DNA of 64,000 nucleotides from a virus: IMG/VR virus record IMGVR_UViG_3300045988_184160, positions 64,001 to 128,000 of that record; one strand, 5' to 3'. Shown piece by piece: positions 63,313 to 64,000 of this stretch (position 1 is its first letter; each line of letters starts with the position of its first letter). The notes under the pieces were generated by a model. It saw only the letters and a program-made list of their open reading frames with translations, ran no database searches and was not told where the DNA came from. The position numbers and the translations under genes were made by a program.

Positions 63313-63699
63313 ATGAGCAACCAAACACCCGTCCAGTTGCACTGGACGGTGCGCCCCGCCTACAAGAGCTACAGCATCAAACCCGTTATTGGTATCACTA
63401 TCAGAAACACCGCAGGGGGCACCCCCTTTATCTTAGTGAAATTCGTGAACCTAGGGCACGAAACCATCTACGACAGCACCACGGCGGACACTGGCATGGA
63501 GATGCACCTCTTCGCTGAACACACCGTCACCGAAGCTGCAACCATAATCAAGGGCACTCTCACCTCACCCCCGATGGTAGACCGTATTAATCATTTCATC
63601 GAGGAATCACGTAAACACCCAGCAGGGGAACTACTGTGTGAGGTGCAGCAAACCCTTATCGTGGGGATCCACAAGAATCTGCACAGTCCAGCCCAATAG
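63313..63699 (+). CDS. hypothetical protein
   Basis: 128-aa ORF with no motif. Confidence 0.5.
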   Translation: MSNQTPVQLHWTVRPAYKSYSIKPVIGITIRNTAGGTPFILVKFVNLGHETIYDSTTADTGMEMHLFAEHTVTEAATIIKGTLTSPPMVDRINHFIEESRKHPAGELLCEVQQTLIVGIHKNLHSPAQ

Positions 63700-64000
63700 A
63701 AAACAAACAAGGGCACCCAAGCCGCTCACCCGCAAGTAAAGGTGGAAGTTTATATATGAAAAGAAAAAACCACCCCTATGCTAGGTGAGGAAAAATGCAG
63801 GCACCCCCAAAACAGCAAACCGCAGGATACGAATCCGCCATAGTGTTAAATCTCAACACCTTACAGTCAATCGTGCCCCTACAGGAAATAAGCAGCACAC
63901 TCCCAGGGACAGTCATTAGACTATCCGCCAGAGTAGTCACCTCAACCGTGACACGCCGCATCAGCTGGGAGCTCCTAGCATGGTATGAGGGAATGTTTGA

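Noticed and set aside
63776-63990. Possible tRNA, RNase P, SRP or other structured RNA on either strand (ggatacgaatcc, gaggaaaaatgcaggc, acagcaaaccgc, caggaaataagcagc).
   Set aside because: The T-loop-like segment lacks the canonical TTCGAAT/A58 and a matching acceptor stem. The RNase P-like and SRP-like words are too short and wrongly spaced. I cannot support an RNA gene by eye.

Overview
About 61 kb of this window (1 to ~61.2 kb) is one co-directional mobile element coded almost entirely on the plus strand, of Gram-positive (actinobacterial-looking) type. The last ~2.8 kb (an acyl-CoA ligase plus a small ORF) looks like ordinary metabolic DNA. Modules in order: (1) 1-13.4 kb is an envelope/signalling block. 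An FHA protein, a PP2C phosphatase and a Hanks-type receptor kinase are tightly packed (translational coupling likely), followed by a small TM protein and a 1630-aa Ig-repeat surface protein. (2) 13.5-17.9 kb is a replication-like block: two HTH/winged-helix proteins, three 23-bp iterons each holding a 15-bp palindrome, a ~280-bp AT-rich region, then dut, ssb and an NrdH-like redoxin. (3) 18-33 kb holds ORFans and membrane proteins. (4) 33-56.6 kb holds type IV secretion (conjugation) genes: a giant 2010-aa polytopic protein, an NlpC/P60 hydrolase, a VirB4-like ATPase and an FtsK/SpoIIIE-like coupling protein. This block is invaded by three TnpB-only IS200/IS605-family elements, one of them frameshifted. 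(5) 56.7-61.1 kb holds an NfeD-flotillin pair, an orphan Dam-like methyltransferase and two unknown genes. I found no rRNA, tRNA, CRISPR array, integrase or recognisable relaxase. The most striking non-genic signal is a kb-scale alternation between A+C-rich and G+T-rich composition on the coding strand, often inside a single ORF. All functional calls rest on motifs read by eye from the translations; no database search or computation was possible.
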